Translations under genes and position numbers: made by a program
Notes under the pieces: generated by a model
Database searches by the model: none
What the model saw: the letters and a program-made list of their open reading frames with translations, nothing else
What the model was told of the DNA's origin: nothing
Source: Auanema rhodensis
Taxonomy: Eukaryota > Animalia > Nematoda
Direction of reading: 5' to 3'
Length of the DNA: 64,000 bases
NCBI GenBank assembly: GCA_964057225.1
Contig: OZ059896.1
Span: 14,942,001-15,006,000, forward strand
In this document: piece by piece, positions 48,086-63,100 of the stretch
Numbering within the stretch: position 1 is the first letter of the stretch
Layout of the letters: every line of letters starts with the position of its first letter

Positions 48086-50443
48086 ACTATAATCTATATT
48101 GAAAATCGAAAAAAGAAAAGAAACTCCGTCGAGCCTAACTTCTACAATCCTCCGCTCTACCAACTGAGCTATCGACGGAACGAAACTGTTGTTTTCAGAG
48201 GTTATTGTCAATAACTGCTATAATCAATATTTTAAATGGAACAAAAAGAAAAGAAACTCCGTTGAGCCGGATTCGAACCAGCGACCTAAGGATATCTACA
48301 CTTCTACAGTCCTCCGCTCTACCAACTGAGCTATCGACGGAACGAATCTGTTGTTTTCCGAAGTGATTGTCAATAACTATTATAATCAATACTGAAAAAA
48401 AAAAAAGAAAAGAAACTCCGTCGAGCCGGATTCGAACCAGCGACCTAAGGATATCTACACTTCTACAGTCCTCCGCTCTACCAACTGAGCTATCGACGGA
48501 ACGAATCTGTTGTTTTCAGAGGTTATTGTCAATAACTGATATCTACACTTCTACAGTCCTCCGCTCTACCAACTGAGCTATCGACGGAACGAATCTGTTG
48601 TTTTCCAAAGTGATTGTCAATAACTACTATAATCTATATTGAAAATCGAAAAAAGAAAAGAAACTCCGTCGAGCCGGATTCGAACCAGCGACCTAAGGAT
48701 ATCTACACTTCTACAATCCTCCGCTCTACCAACTGAGCTATCGACGGAACGAAGCTGTTGTTTTCAGAGGTTATTGTCAATAACTGCTATAATCAATATT
48801 TTAAATGGAACAAAAAGAAAAGAAACTCCGTCGAGCCGGATTCGAACCAGCGACCTAAGGATATCTACACTTCTACAGTCCTCCGCTCTACCAACTGAGC
48901 TATCGACGGAACGAATCTGTTGTTTTCAGAGGTTATTGTCAATAACTGCTATAATCAATATTTTAAATGGAAGAAAAAGAAAAGAAATTCCGTCGAGCCG
49001 GATTCGAACCAGCGACCTAAGGATATCTACACTTCTACAGTCCTCCGCTCTACCAACTGAGCTATCGACGGAACGAATCTGTTGTTTTCCAAAGTGATTG
49101 TCAATAACTACTATAATCTATATTGAAAATCGAAAAAAGAGAAGAAACTCCGTCGAGCCTAACTTCTACAATCCTCCGCTCTACCAACTGAGCTATCGAC
49201 GGAACGAAGCTGTTGTTTTCAGAGGTTATTGTCAATAACTGCTATAATCAATATTTTAAATGGAACAAAAAGAAAAGAAACTCCGTCGAGCCGGATTCGA
49301 ACCAGCGACCTAAGGATATCTACACTTCTACAGTCCTCCGCTCTACCAACTGAGCTATCGACGGAACGAATCTGTTGTTTTCAGAGGTTATTGTCAATAA
49401 CTGCTATAATCAATATTTTAAATGGAAGAAAAAGAAAAGAAATTCCGTCGAGCCGGATTCGAACCAGCGACCTAAGGATATCTACACTTCTACAGTCCTC
49501 CGCTCTACCAACTGAGCTATCGACGGAACGAATCTGTTGTTTTCCAAAGTGATTGTCAATAACTACTATAATCTATATTGAAAATCTAAAAAAGAGAAGA
49601 AACTCCGTCGAGCCTAACTTCTACAATCCTCCGCTCTACCAACTGAGCTATCGACGGAACGAATCTGTTGTTTTCCAAAGTGATTGTCAATAACTACTAT
49701 AATCTATATTGAAAATCGAAAAAAGAGAAGAAACTCCGTCGAGCCTAACTTCTACAATCCTCCGCTCTACCAACTGAGCTATCGACGGAACGAAGCTGTT
49801 GTTTTCAGAGGTTATTGTCAATAACTGCTATAATCAATATTTTAAATGGAAGAAAAAGAAAAGAAATTCCGTCGAGCCGGATTCGAACCAGCGACCTAAG
49901 GATATCTACACTTCTACAGTCCTCCGCTCTACCAACTGAGCTATCGACGGAACGAATCTGTTGTTTTCCAAAGTGATTGTCAATAACTACTATAATCTAT
50001 ATTGAAAATCGAAAAAAGAGAAGAAACTCCGTCGAGCCTAACTTCTACAATCCTCCGCTCTACCAACGGAGCTATCGACGGAACGAATCTGTTCTTTTCA
50101 GAGGTTATTGTCAATAACTGCTATAATCAATATTTTAAGTGGAGCAAAAAGAAAAGAAACTCCGTCGAGCCGGATTCGAACCAGCGACCTAAGGATATCT
50201 ACACTTCTACAGTCCTCCGCTCTACCAACTGAGCTATCGACGGAACGAATCTGTTGTTTTCAGAGGTTATTGTCAATAACTGCTATAATCAATATTTTAA
50301 ATGGAACAAAAAGAAAAGAAACTCCGTCGAGCCGGATTCGAACCAGCGACCTAAGGATATCTCCACTTCTACAGTCCTCCGCTCTACCAACTGAGCTATC
50401 GACGGAACGAATCTGTTGTTTTCCAAAGTGATTGTCAATAACT

Positions 50444-51192
50444 CACTAGATTATTCACTAGACGAAAAACGACAGATTTATGTCAATATTTCAAAATAGT
50501 TAAGAGCAACTCAAATTTCAGCAAATCATTGTTCAGACTGAAAGAACATGCATATTCTTTTCGTCAACACGACTTTTTGATTGTGGCTCCGAGATACCAG
50601 TCTAACGCGGCACTGTCTAGTTTCGAATATCGTAGAATCAAAGATTGGAACCAGCTTCACTCCATTTTGATTAATATTGAAAAAGTTTCTAATTTTCGTA
50701 GTTGTATTATGAACCATAATTCTTCTTCATTGTGACTTTGTTTTTAACTTGTTTTTATTTTTCTTTTTTTCTTTTTTCTTCAATGAGATTGTTTTGTTAA
50801 TCGTTTTGTGTTAAGCTGTTGCTCCTTCTTCTTTTGTTCTCTCAGTTTTCCTAGGCATCTGACCTATAGACATGAGTCGTACGGTCTGAGCACGGTAATC
50901 ACTTATTTGATAGAACGGGTTTGACCTTACTCTTTGTGTCACCGTACCTAGACAAACCAAGAAGTGATTGGCTTCGAATTGCAATTTTCAAGCTGAAAAC
51001 TCAAGATCATAACTCTTATAATTGAGCACATTCTTAACTAAAAACCAATTCAAAGCTAACTCTGGAGTTAAAAGAAAAAAAAAAGCAGCTACCGAAAGGT
51101 TAATTTTAATGTTCTTATCTTAATTTAACCTCACACCTTCCTTGTAACCTGTGGTCAGTTGTGTTGAATAAACTTAAACTTAAACTTAAACT
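50444..51192 (+). mobile_element. 5'-truncated CR1-like non-LTR retrotransposon, copy 2
   Basis: Same 749 bp and same junctions as copy 1 (offset 3107); one substitution seen (47875 T vs 50982 C). Confidence 0.85.
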
Positions 51193-54100
51193 ACTATAAT
51201 CTATATTGAAAATCGAAAAAAGAAAAGAAACTCCGTCGAGCCTAACTTCTACAATCCTCCGCTCTACCAACTGAGCTATCGACGGAACGAAGCTGTTGTT
51301 TTCAGAGGTTATTGTCAATAACTGCTATAATCAATATTTTAAATGGAACAAAAAGAAAAGAAACTCCGTTGAGCCGGATTCGAACCAGCGACCTAAGGAT
51401 ATCTACACTTCTACAGTCCTCCGCTCTACCAACTGAGCTATCGACGGAACGAATCTGTTGTTTTCCGAAGTGATTGTCAATAACTATTATAATCAATACT
51501 GAAAAAAAAAAAGAAAAGAAACTCCGTCGAGCCGGATTCGAACCAGCGACCTAAGGATATCTACACTTCTACAGTCCTCCGCTCTACCAACTGAGCTATC
51601 GACGGAACGAATCTGTTGTCTTCAGAGGTTATTGTCAATAACTGATATCTACACTTCTACAGTCCTCCGCTCTACCAACTGAGCTATCGACGGAACGAAT
51701 CTGTTGTTTTCCAAAGTGATTGTCAATAACTACTATAATCTATATTGAAAATCGAAAAAAGAAAAGAAACTCCGTCGAGCCTAACTTCTACAATCCTCCG
51801 CTCTACCAACTGAGCTATCGACGGAACGAAGCTGTTGTTTTCAGAGGTTATTGTCAATAACTGCTATAATCAATATTTTAAATGGAACAAAAAGAAAAGA
51901 AACTCCGTCGAGCCGGATTCGAACCAGCGACCTAAGGATATCTTCACTTCTACAGTCCTCCGCTCTACCAACTGAGCTATCGACGGAACGAATCTGTTGT
52001 TTTCAGAGGTTATTGTCAATAACTGCTATAATCAATATTTTAAATGGAAGAAAAAGAAAATAAATTCCGTCGAGCCGGATTCGAACCAGCGACCTAAGGA
52101 TATCTACACTTCTACAGTCCTCCGCTCTACCAACTGAGCTATCGACGGAACGAATCTGTTGTTTTCCAAAGTGATTGTCAATAACTACTATAATCTATAT
52201 TGAAAATCGAAAAAAGAGAAGAAACTCCGTCGAGCCTAACTTCTACAATCCTCCGCTCTACCAACTGAGCTATCGACGGAACGAAGCTGTTGTTTTCAGA
52301 GGTTATTGTCAATAACTGCTATAATCAATATTTTAAATGGAAGAAAAAGAAAAGAAATTCCGTCGAGCCGGATTCGAACCAGCGACCTAAGGATATCTAC
52401 ACTTCTACAGTCCTCCGCTCTACCAACTGAGCTATCGACGGAACGAATCTGTTGTTTTCCAAAGTGATTGTCAATAACTACTATAATCTATATTGAAAAT
52501 CGAAAAAAGAGAAGAAACTCCGTCGAGCCTAACTTCTACAATCCTCCGCTCTACCAACGGAGCTATCGACGGAACGAATCTGTTCTTTTCAGAGGTTATT
52601 GTCAATAACTGCTATAATCAATATTTTAAGTGGAGCAAAAAGAAAAGAAACTCCGTCGAGCCGGATTCGAACCAGCGACCTAAGGATATCTACACTTCTA
52701 CAGTCCTCCGCTCTACCAACTGAGCTATCGACGGAACGAATCTGTTGTTTTCAGAGGTTATTGTCAATAACTGCTATAATCAATATTTTAAATGGAACAA
52801 AACGAAAAGAAACTCCGTCGAGCCGGATTCGAACCAGCGACCTAAGGATATCTCCACTTCTACAGTCCTCCGCTCTACCAACTGAGCTATCGACGGAACG
52901 AATCTGTTGTTTTCAGAGGTTATTGTCAATAACTGCTATAATCAATATTTTAAATGGGAGAAAAAGAAAAGAAACTCCGTCGAGCCGGATTCGAACCAGC
53001 GACCTAAGGATATCTACACTTCTACAGTCCTCCGCTCTACCAACTGAGCTATTGACGGAACGAATCTGTTGTTTTCAGAGGTTGTTGTCAATAACTGATA
53101 TCTACACTTCTAAAGTCCTCCGCTCTACCAACTGAGCTATCGACGGAACGAATCTGTTGTTTTCCAAAGTGATTGTCAATAACTACTATAATCTATATTG
53201 AAAATCGAAAAAAGAAAAGAAACTCCGTCGAGCCTAACTTCTACAATCCTCCGCTCTACCAACTGAGCTATCGACGGAACGAAGCTGTTGTTTTCAGAGG
53301 TTATTGTCAATAACTGCTATAATCAATATTTTAAATGGAAGAAAAAGAAAAGAAACTCCGTCGAGCCGGATTCGAACCAGCGACCTAAGGATATCTACAC
53401 TTCTACAGTCCTCCGCTCTAACAACTGAGCTATCGACGGAACGAATCTGTTGTTTTCAGAGGTTATTGTCAATAACTGATATCTACACTTCTACAGTCCT
53501 CCGCTCTACCAACTGAGCTATCGACGGAACGAATCTGTTGTTTTCCAAAGTGATTGTCAATAACTACTATAATCTATATTGAAAATCGAAAAAAGAAAAG
53601 AAACTCCGTCGAGCCTAACTTCTACAATCCTCCGCTCTACCAACTGATCTATCGACGGAACGAAGCTGTTGTTTTCAGAGGTTATTGTCAATAACTGCTA
53701 TAATCAATATTTTAAATGGAACAAAAAGAAAAGAAACTCCGTTGAGCCGGATTCGAACCAGCGACCTAAGGATATCTACACTTCTACAGTCCTCCGCTCT
53801 ACCAACTGAGCTATCGACGGAACGAATCTGTTGTTTTCAGAGGTTATTGTCAATAACTGCTATAATCAATATTTTAAATGGAAGAAAAAGAAAAGAAACT
53901 CCGTCGAGCCGGATTCGAACCAGCGACCTAAGGATATCTACACTTCTACAGTCCTCCGCTCTACCAACTGAGCTATCGACGGAACGAATCTGTTGTTTTC
54001 CGAAGTGATTGTCAATAACTACTATAATCTATATTGAAAATCGAAAAAAGAGAAGAAACTCCGTCGATCCTAACTTCTACAATCCTCCGCTCTACCAACT

Positions 54101-57100
54101 GAGCTATCGACGGAACGAATCTGTTGTTTTCAGAGGTTATTGTCAATAACTGATATCTACACTTCTACAGTCCTCCGCTCTACCAACTGAGCTATCGACG
54201 GAACGAATCTGTTGTTTTCCGAAGTGATTGTCAATAACTACTATAATCTATATTGAAAATCGAAAAAAGAGAAGAAACTCCGTCGAGCCTAACTTCTACA
54301 ATCCTCCGCTCTACCAACTGAGCTATCGACGGAACGAATCTGTTATTTTCAGAGGTTATTGTCAATAACTGCTATAGTCAATATTTTAAATGGGAGAAAA
54401 AGAAAAGAAACTCCGTCGAGCCGGATTCGAACCAGCGACCTAAGGATATCTACACTTCTACAGTCCTCCGCTCTACCAACTGAGCTATCGACGGAACGAA
54501 TCTGTTGTTTTCAGAGGTTATTGTCAATAACTACTATAATCTATATTGAAAATCGAAAAAAGAAAAGAAACTCCGTCGAGCCTAACTTCTACAATCCTCC
54601 GCTCTACCAACTGAGCTATCGACGGAACGAATCTGTTATTTTCAGAGGTTATTGTCAATAACTGCTATAGTCAATATTTTAAATGGGAGAAAAAGAAAAG
54701 AAATTCCGTCGAGCCGGATTCGAACCAGCGACCTAAGGATATCTACACTTCTACAGTCCTCCGCTCTACCAACTGAGCTATCGACGGAACGAATCTGTTG
54801 TTTTCCAAAGTGATTGTCAATAACTACTATAATCTATATTGAAAATCGAAAAAAGAAAAGAAACTCCGTCGAGCCTAACTTCTACAATCCTCCGCTCTAC
54901 CAACTGAGCTATCGACGGAACGAAGCTGTTGTTTTCAGAGGTTATTGTCAATAACTGCTATAATCAATATTTTAAATGGAAGAAAAAGAAAAGAAACTCC
55001 GTTGAGCCGGATTCGAACCAGCGACCTAAGGATATCTACACTTCTACAGTCCTCCGCTCTACCAACTGAGCTATCGACGGAACGAATCTGTTGTTTTCAG
55101 AGGTTATTGTCAATAACTGCTATAATCAATATTTTAAATGGAAGAAAAAGAAAAGAAACTCCGTTGAGCCGGATTCGAACCAGCGACCTAAGGATATCTA
55201 CACTTCTACAGTCCTCCGCTCTACCAACTGAGCTATCGACGGAACGAATCTGTTGTTTTCCAAAGTGATTGTCAATAACTACTATAATCTATATTGAAAA
55301 TCGAAAAAAGAAAAGAAACTCCGTCGAGCCTAACTTCTACAATCCTCCGCTCTACCAACTGATCTATCGACGGAACGAAGCTGTTGTTTTCAGAGGTTAT
55401 TGTCAATAACTGCTATAATCAATATTTTAAATGGAACAAAAAGAAAAGAAACTCCGTTGAGCCGGATTCGAACCAGCGACCTAAGGATATCTACACTTCT
55501 ACAGTCCTCCGCTCTACCAACTGAGCTATCGACGGAACGAATCTGTTGTTTTCAGAGGTTATTGTCAATAACTGCTATAATCAATATTTTAAATGGAAGA
55601 AAAAGAAAAGAAACTCCGTCGAGCCGGATTCGAACAAGCGACCTAAGGATATCTACACTTCTACAGTCCTCCGCTCTACCAACTGAGCTATCGACGGAAC
55701 GAATCTGTTGTTTTCCGAAGTGATTGTCAATAACTACTATAATCTATATTGAAAATCGAAAAAAAAAGAAGAAACTCCGTCGATCCTAACTTCTACAATC
55801 CTCCGCTCTACCAACTGAGCTATCGACGGAACGAATCTGTTGTTTTCAGAGGTTATTGTCAATAACTGATATCTACACTTCTACAGTCCTCCGCTCTACC
55901 AACTGAGCTATCGACGGAACGAATCTGTTGTTTTCCGAAGTGATTGTCAATAACTACTATAATCTATATTGAAAATCGAAAAAAGAGAAGAAACTCCGTC
56001 GAGCCTAACTTCTACAATCCTCCGCTCTACCAACTGAGCTATCGACGGAACGAATCTGTTATTTTCAGAGGTTATTGTCAATAACTGCTATAGTCAATAT
56101 TTTAAATGGGAGAAAAAGAAAAGAAACTCCGTCGAGCCGGATTCGAACCAGCGACCTAAGGATATCTACACTTCTACAGTCCTCCGCTCTACCAACTGAG
56201 CTATCGACGGAACGAATCTGTTGTTTTCAGAGGTTATTGTCAATAACTGATATCTACACTTCTACAGTCCTCCGCTCTACCAACTGAGCTATCGACGGAA
56301 CGAATCTGTTGTTTTCCAAAGTGATTGTCAATAACTACTATAATCTATATTGAAAATCGAAAAAAGAAAAGAAACTCCGTCGAGCCTAACTTCTACAATC
56401 CTCCGCTCTACCAACTGAGCTATCGACGGAACGAAGCTGTTGTTTTCAGAGGTTATTGTCAATAACTGCTATAATCAATATTTTAAATGGAAGAAAAAGA
56501 AAAGAAACTCCGTTGAGCCGGATTCGAACCAGCGACCTAAGGATATCTACACTTCTACAGTCCTCCGCTCTACCAACTGAGCTATCGACGGAACGAATCT
56601 GTTGTTTTCAGAGGTTATTGTCAATAACTGCTATAATCAATATTTTAAATGGAAGAAAAAGAAAAGAAACTCCGTTGAGCCGGATTCGAACCAGCGACCT
56701 AAGGATATCTACACTTCTACAGTCCTCCGCTCTAACAACTGAGCTATCGACGGAACGAATCTGTTGTTTTCAGAGGTTATTGTCAATAACTGCTATAATC
56801 AATATTTTAAATGGAAGAAAAAGAAAAGAAACTCCGTCGAGCCGGATTCGAACCAGCGACCTAAGGATATCTACACTTCTACAGTCCTCCGCTCTACCAA
56901 CTGAGCTATCGACGGAACGAATCTGTTGTTTTCAGAGGTTATTGTCAATAACTGATATCTACACTTCTACAGTCCTCCGCTCTACCAACTGAGCTATCGA
57001 CGGAACGAATCTGTTGTTTTCCAAAGTGATTGTCAATAACTACTATAATCTATATTGAAAATCGAAAAAAGAAAAGAAACTCCGTCGAGCCTAACTTCTA

Positions 57101-60100
57101 CAATCCTCCGCTCTACCAACTGATCTATCGACGGAACGAAGCTGTTGTTTTCAGAGGTTATTGTCAATAACTGCTATAATCAATATTTTAAATGGAACAA
57201 AAAGAAAAGAAACTCCGTTGAGCCGGATTCGAACCAGCGACCTAAGGATATCTACACTTCTACAGTCCTCCGCTCTACCAACTGAGCTATCGACGGAACG
57301 AATCTGTTGTTTTCAGAGGTTATTGTCAATAACTGCTATAATCAATATTTTAAATGGAAGAAAAAGAAAAGAAACTCCGTCGAGCCGGATTCGAACCAGC
57401 GACCTAAGGATATCTACACTTCTACAGTCCTCCGCTCTACCAACTGAGCTATCGACGGAACGAATCTGTTGTTTTCCGAAGTGATTGTCAATAACTACTA
57501 TAATCTATATTGAAAATCGAAAAAAGAGAAGAAACTCCGTCGATCCTAACTTCTACAATCCTCCGCTCTACCAACTGAGCTATCGACGGAACGAATCTGT
57601 TGTTTTCAGAGGTTATTGTCAATAACTGATATCTACACTTCTACAGTCCTCCGCTCTACCAACTGAGCTATCGACGGAACGAATCTGTTGTTTTCCGAAG
57701 TGATTGTCAATAACTACTATAATCTATATTGAAAATCGAAAAAAGAGAAGAAACTCCGTCGAGCCTAACTTCTACAATCCTCCGCTCTACCAACTGAGCT
57801 ATCGACGGAACGAATCTGTTATTTTCAGAGGTTATTGTCAATAACTGCTATAGTCAATATTTTAAATGGGAGAAAAAGAAAAGAAACTCCGTCGAGCCGG
57901 ATTCGAACCAGCGACCTAAGGATATCTACACTTCTACAGTCCTCCGCTCTACCAACTGAGCTATCGACGGAACGAATCTGTTGTTTTCAGAGGTTATTGT
58001 CAATAACTACTATAATCTATATTGAAAATCGAAAAAAGAAAAGAAACTCCGTCGAGCCTAACTTCTACAATCCTCCGCTCTACCAACTGAGCTATCGACG
58101 GAACGAATCTGTTATTTTCAGAGGTTATTGTCAATAACTGCTATAGTCAATATTTTAAATGGGAGAAAAAGAAAAGAAATTCCGTCGAGCCGGATTCGAA
58201 CCAGCGACCTAAGGATATCTACACTTCTACAGTCCTCCGCTCTACCAACTGAGCTATCGACGGAACGAATCTGTTGTTTTCCAAAGTGATTGTCAATAAC
58301 TACTATAATCTATATTGAAAATCGAAAAAAGAAAAGAAACTCCGTCGAGCCTAACTTCTACAATCCTCCGCTCTACCAACTGAGCTATCGACGGAACGAA
58401 GCTGTTGTTTTCAGAGGTTATTGTCAATAACTGCTATAATCAATATTTTAAATGGAAGAAAAAGAAAAGAAACTCCGTTGAGCCGGATTCGAACCAGCGA
58501 CCTAAGGATATCTACACTTCTACAGTCCTCCGCTCTACCAACTGAGCTATCGACGGAACGAATCTGTTGTTTTCAGAGGTTATTGTCAATAACTGCTATA
58601 ATCAATATTTTAAATGGAAGAAAAAGAAAAGAAACTCCGTTGAGCCGGATTCGAACCAGCGACCTAAGGATATCTACACTTCTACAGTCCTCCGCTCTAC
58701 CAACTGAGCTATCGACGGAACGAATCTGTTGTTTTCCAAAGTGATTGTCAATAACTACTATAATCTATATTGAAAATCGAAAAAAGAAAAGAAACTCCGT
58801 CGAGCCTAACTTCTACAATCCTCCGCTCTACCAACTGATCTATCGACGGAACGAAGCTGTTGTTTTCAGAGGTTATTGTCAATAACTGCTATAATCAATA
58901 TTTTAAATGGAACAAAAAGAAAAGAAACTCCGTTGAGCCGGATTCGAACCAGCGACCTAAGGATATCTACACTTCTACAGTCCTCCGCTCTACCAACTGA
59001 GCTATCGACGGAACGAATCTGTTGTTTTCAGAGGTTATTGTCAATAACTGCTATAATCAATATTTTAAATGGAAGAAAAAGAAAAGAAACTCCGTCGAGC
59101 CGGATTCGAACAAGCGACCTAAGGATATCTACACTTCTACAGTCCTCCGCTCTACCAACTGAGCTATCGACGGAACGAATCTGTTGTTTTCCGAAGTGAT
59201 TGTCAATAACTACTATAATCTATATTGAAAATCGAAAAAAAAAGAAGAAACTCCGTCGATCCTAACTTCTACAATCCTCCGCTCTACCAACTGAGCTATC
59301 GACGGAACGAATCTGTTGTTTTCAGAGGTTATTGTCAATAACTGATATCTACACTTCTACAGTCCTCCGCTCTACCAACTGAGCTATCGACGGAACGAAT
59401 CTGTTGTTTTCCGAAGTGATTGTCAATAACTACTATAATCTATATTGAAAATCGAAAAAAGAGAAGAAACTCCGTCGAGCCTAACTTCTACAATCCTCCG
59501 CTCTACCAACTGAGCTATCGACGGAACGAATCTGTTATTTTCAGAGGTTATTGTCAATAACTGCTATAGTCAATATTTTAAATGGGAGAAAAAGAAAAGA
59601 AACTCCGTCGAGCCGGATTCGAACCAGCGACCTAAGGATATCTACACTTCTACAGTCCTCCGCTCTACCAACTGAGCTATCGACGGAACGAATCTGTTGT
59701 TTTCAGAGGTTATTGTCAATAACTGATATCTACACTTCTACAGTCCTCCGCTCTACCAACTGAGCTATCGACGGAACGAATCTGTTGTTTTCCAAAGTGA
59801 TTGTCAATAACTACTATAATCTATATTGAAAATCGAAAAAAGAAAAGAAACTCCGTCGAGCCTAACTTCTACAATCCTCCGCTCTACCAACTGAGCTATC
59901 GACGGAACGAAGCTGTTGTTTTCAGAGGTTATTGTCAATAACTGCTATAATCAATATTTTAAATGGAAGAAAAAGAAAAGAAACTCCGTTGAGCCGGATT
60001 CGAACCAGCGACCTAAGGATATCTACACTTCTACAGTCCTCCGCTCTACCAACTGAGCTATCGACGGAACGAATCTGTTGTTTTCAGAGGTTATTGTCAA

Positions 60101-63100
60101 TAACTGCTATAATCAATATTTTAAATGGAAGAAAAAGAAAAGAAACTCCGTTGAGCCGGATTCGAACCAGCGACCTAAGGATATCTACACTTCTACAGTC
60201 CTCCGCTCTAACAACTGAGCTATCGACGGAACGAATCTGTTGTTTTCAGAGGTTATTGTCAATAACTGCTATAATCAATATTTTAAATGGAAGAAAAAGA
60301 AAAGAAACTCCGTCGAGCCGGATTCGAACCAGCGACCTAAGGATATCTACACTTCTACAGTCCTCCGCTCTACCAACTGAGCTATCGACGGAACGAATCT
60401 GTTGTTTTCAGAGGTTATTGTCAATAACTGATATCTACACTTCTACAGTCCTCCGCTCTACCAACTGAGCTATCGACGGAACGAATCTGTTGTTTTCCAA
60501 AGTGATTGTCAATAACTACTATAATCTATATTGAAAATCGAAAAAAAAGAAGAAACTCCGTCGAGCCTAACTTCTACAATCCTCCGCTCTACCAACTGAG
60601 CTATCGACGGAACGAAGCTGTTGTTTTCAGAGGTTATTGTCAATAACTGCTATAATCAATATTTTAAATGGAAGAAAAAGAAAAGAAACTCCGTTGAGCC
60701 GGATTCGAACCAGCGACCTAAGGATATCTACACTTCTACAGTCCTCCGCTCTACCAACTGAGCTATCGACGGAACGAATCTGTGGTTTTCCGAAGTGATT
60801 GTCAATAACTACTATAATCTATATTGAAAATCGAAAAAAGAGAAGAAACTCCGTCGAGCCTAACTTCTACAATCCTCCGCTCTACCAACTGAGCTATCCA
60901 CGGAACGAATCTGTTATTTTCAGAGGTTATTGTCAATAACTGCTATAGTCAATATTTTAAATGGGAGAAAAAGAAAAGAAACTCCGTCGAGCCGGATTCG
61001 AACCAGCGACCTAAGGATATCTACACTTCTACAGTCCTCCGCTCTACCAACTGAGCTATCGACGGAACGAATCTGTTGTTTTCAGAGGTTATTGTCAATA
61101 ACTGCTATAGTCAATATTTTAAATGGAAGAAAAAGAAAAGAAATTCCGTCGAGCCGGATTCGAACCAGCGACCTAAGGATATCTACACTTCTACAGTCCT
61201 CCGCTCTACCAACTGAGCTATCGACGGAACGAATCTGTTGTTTTCCAAAGTGATTGTCAATAACTACTATAATCTATATTGAAAATCGAAAAAAGAAAAG
61301 AAACTCCGTCGAGCCTAACTTCTACAATCCTCCGCTCTACCAACTGAGCTATCGACGGAACGAAGCTGTTGTTTTCAGAGGTTATTGTCAATAACTGCTA
61401 TAGTCAATATTTTAAATGGAAGAAAAAGAAAAGAAATTCCGTCGAGCCGGATTCGAACCAGCGACCTAAGGATATCTACACTTCTACAGTCCTCCGCTCT
61501 ACCAACTGAGCTATCGACGGAACGAATCTGTTGTTTTCCAAAGTGATTGTCAATAACTACTATAATCTATATTGAAAATCGAAAAAAGAAAAGAAACTCC
61601 GTCGAGCCTAACTTCTACAATCCTCCGCTCTACCAACTGAGCTATCGACGGAACGAAGCTGTTGTTTTCAGAGGTTATTGTCAATAACTGCTATAATCAA
61701 TATTTTAAATGGAACAAAAAGAAAATAAACTCAGTCGAGCCAGATTCGAACCAGCGACCTAAGGATATCTACACTTCTACAGTCCTCCGCTCTACCAAAT
61801 GAGCTATCGACGGAACGAATCTGTTGTTTTCAGAGGTTATTGTCAATAACTGCTATAATCAATATTTTAAATGGAAGAAAAAGAAAAGAAACTCCGTCGA
61901 GCCGGATTCGAACCAGCGACCTAAGGATATCTACACTTCTACAGTCCTCCGCTCTACCAACTGAGCTATCGACGGAACGAATCTGTTGTTTTCCGAAGTG
62001 ATTGTCAATAACTATTATAATCAATATTGAAAAAAAAAAAAGAAAAGAAACTCCGTCGAGCCGGATTCGAACCAGCGACCTAAGGATATCTACACTTCTA
62101 CAGTCCTCCGCTCTACCAACTGAGCTATCGACGGAACGAATCTGTTGTTTTCAGAGGTTATTGTCAATAACTGATATCTACACTTCTACAGTCCTCCGCT
62201 CTACCAACTGAGCTATCGACGGAACGAATCTGTTGTTTTCCAAAGTGATTGTCAATAACTACTATAATCTATATTGAAAATCGAAAAAAGAAAAGAAACT
62301 CCGTCGAGCCTAACTTCTACAATCCTCCGCTCTACCAACTGAGCTATCGACGGAACGAAGCTGTTGTTTTCAGAGGTTATTGTCAATAACTGCTATAATC
62401 AATATTTTAAATGGAACAAAAAGAAAATAAACTCAGTCGAGCCAGATTCGAACCAGCGACCTAAGGATATCTACACTTCTACAGTCCTCCGCTCTACCAA
62501 ATGAGCTATCGACGGAACGAATCTGTTGTTTTCAGAGGTTATTGTCAATAACTGCTATAATCAATATTTTAAATGGAAGAAAAAGAAAAGAAACTCCGTC
62601 GAGCCGGATTCGAACCAGCGACCTAAGGATATCTACACTTCTACAGTCCTCCGCTCTACCAACTGAGCTATCGACGGAACGAATCTGTTGTTTTCCGAAG
62701 TGATTGTCAATAACTATTAGAATCAATATTGAAAAAAAAAAAAGAAAAGAAACTCCGTCGAGCCGGATTCGAACCAGCGACCTAAGGATATCTACACTTC
62801 TACAGTCCTCCGCTCTACCAACTGAGCTATCGACGGAACGAATCTGTTGTTTTCAGAGGTTATTGTCAATAACTGATATCTACACTTCTACAGTCCTCCG
62901 CTCTACCAACTGAGCTATCGACGGAACGAAGCTGTTGTTTTCAGAGGTTATTGTCAATAACTGCTATAATCAATATTTTAAATGGAACAAAAAGAAAAGA
63001 AACTCCGTCGAGCCGGATTCGAACCAGCGACCTAAGGATATCTACACTTCTACAGTCCTCCGCTCTACCAACTGAGCTATCGACGGAAAGAATCTGTTGT

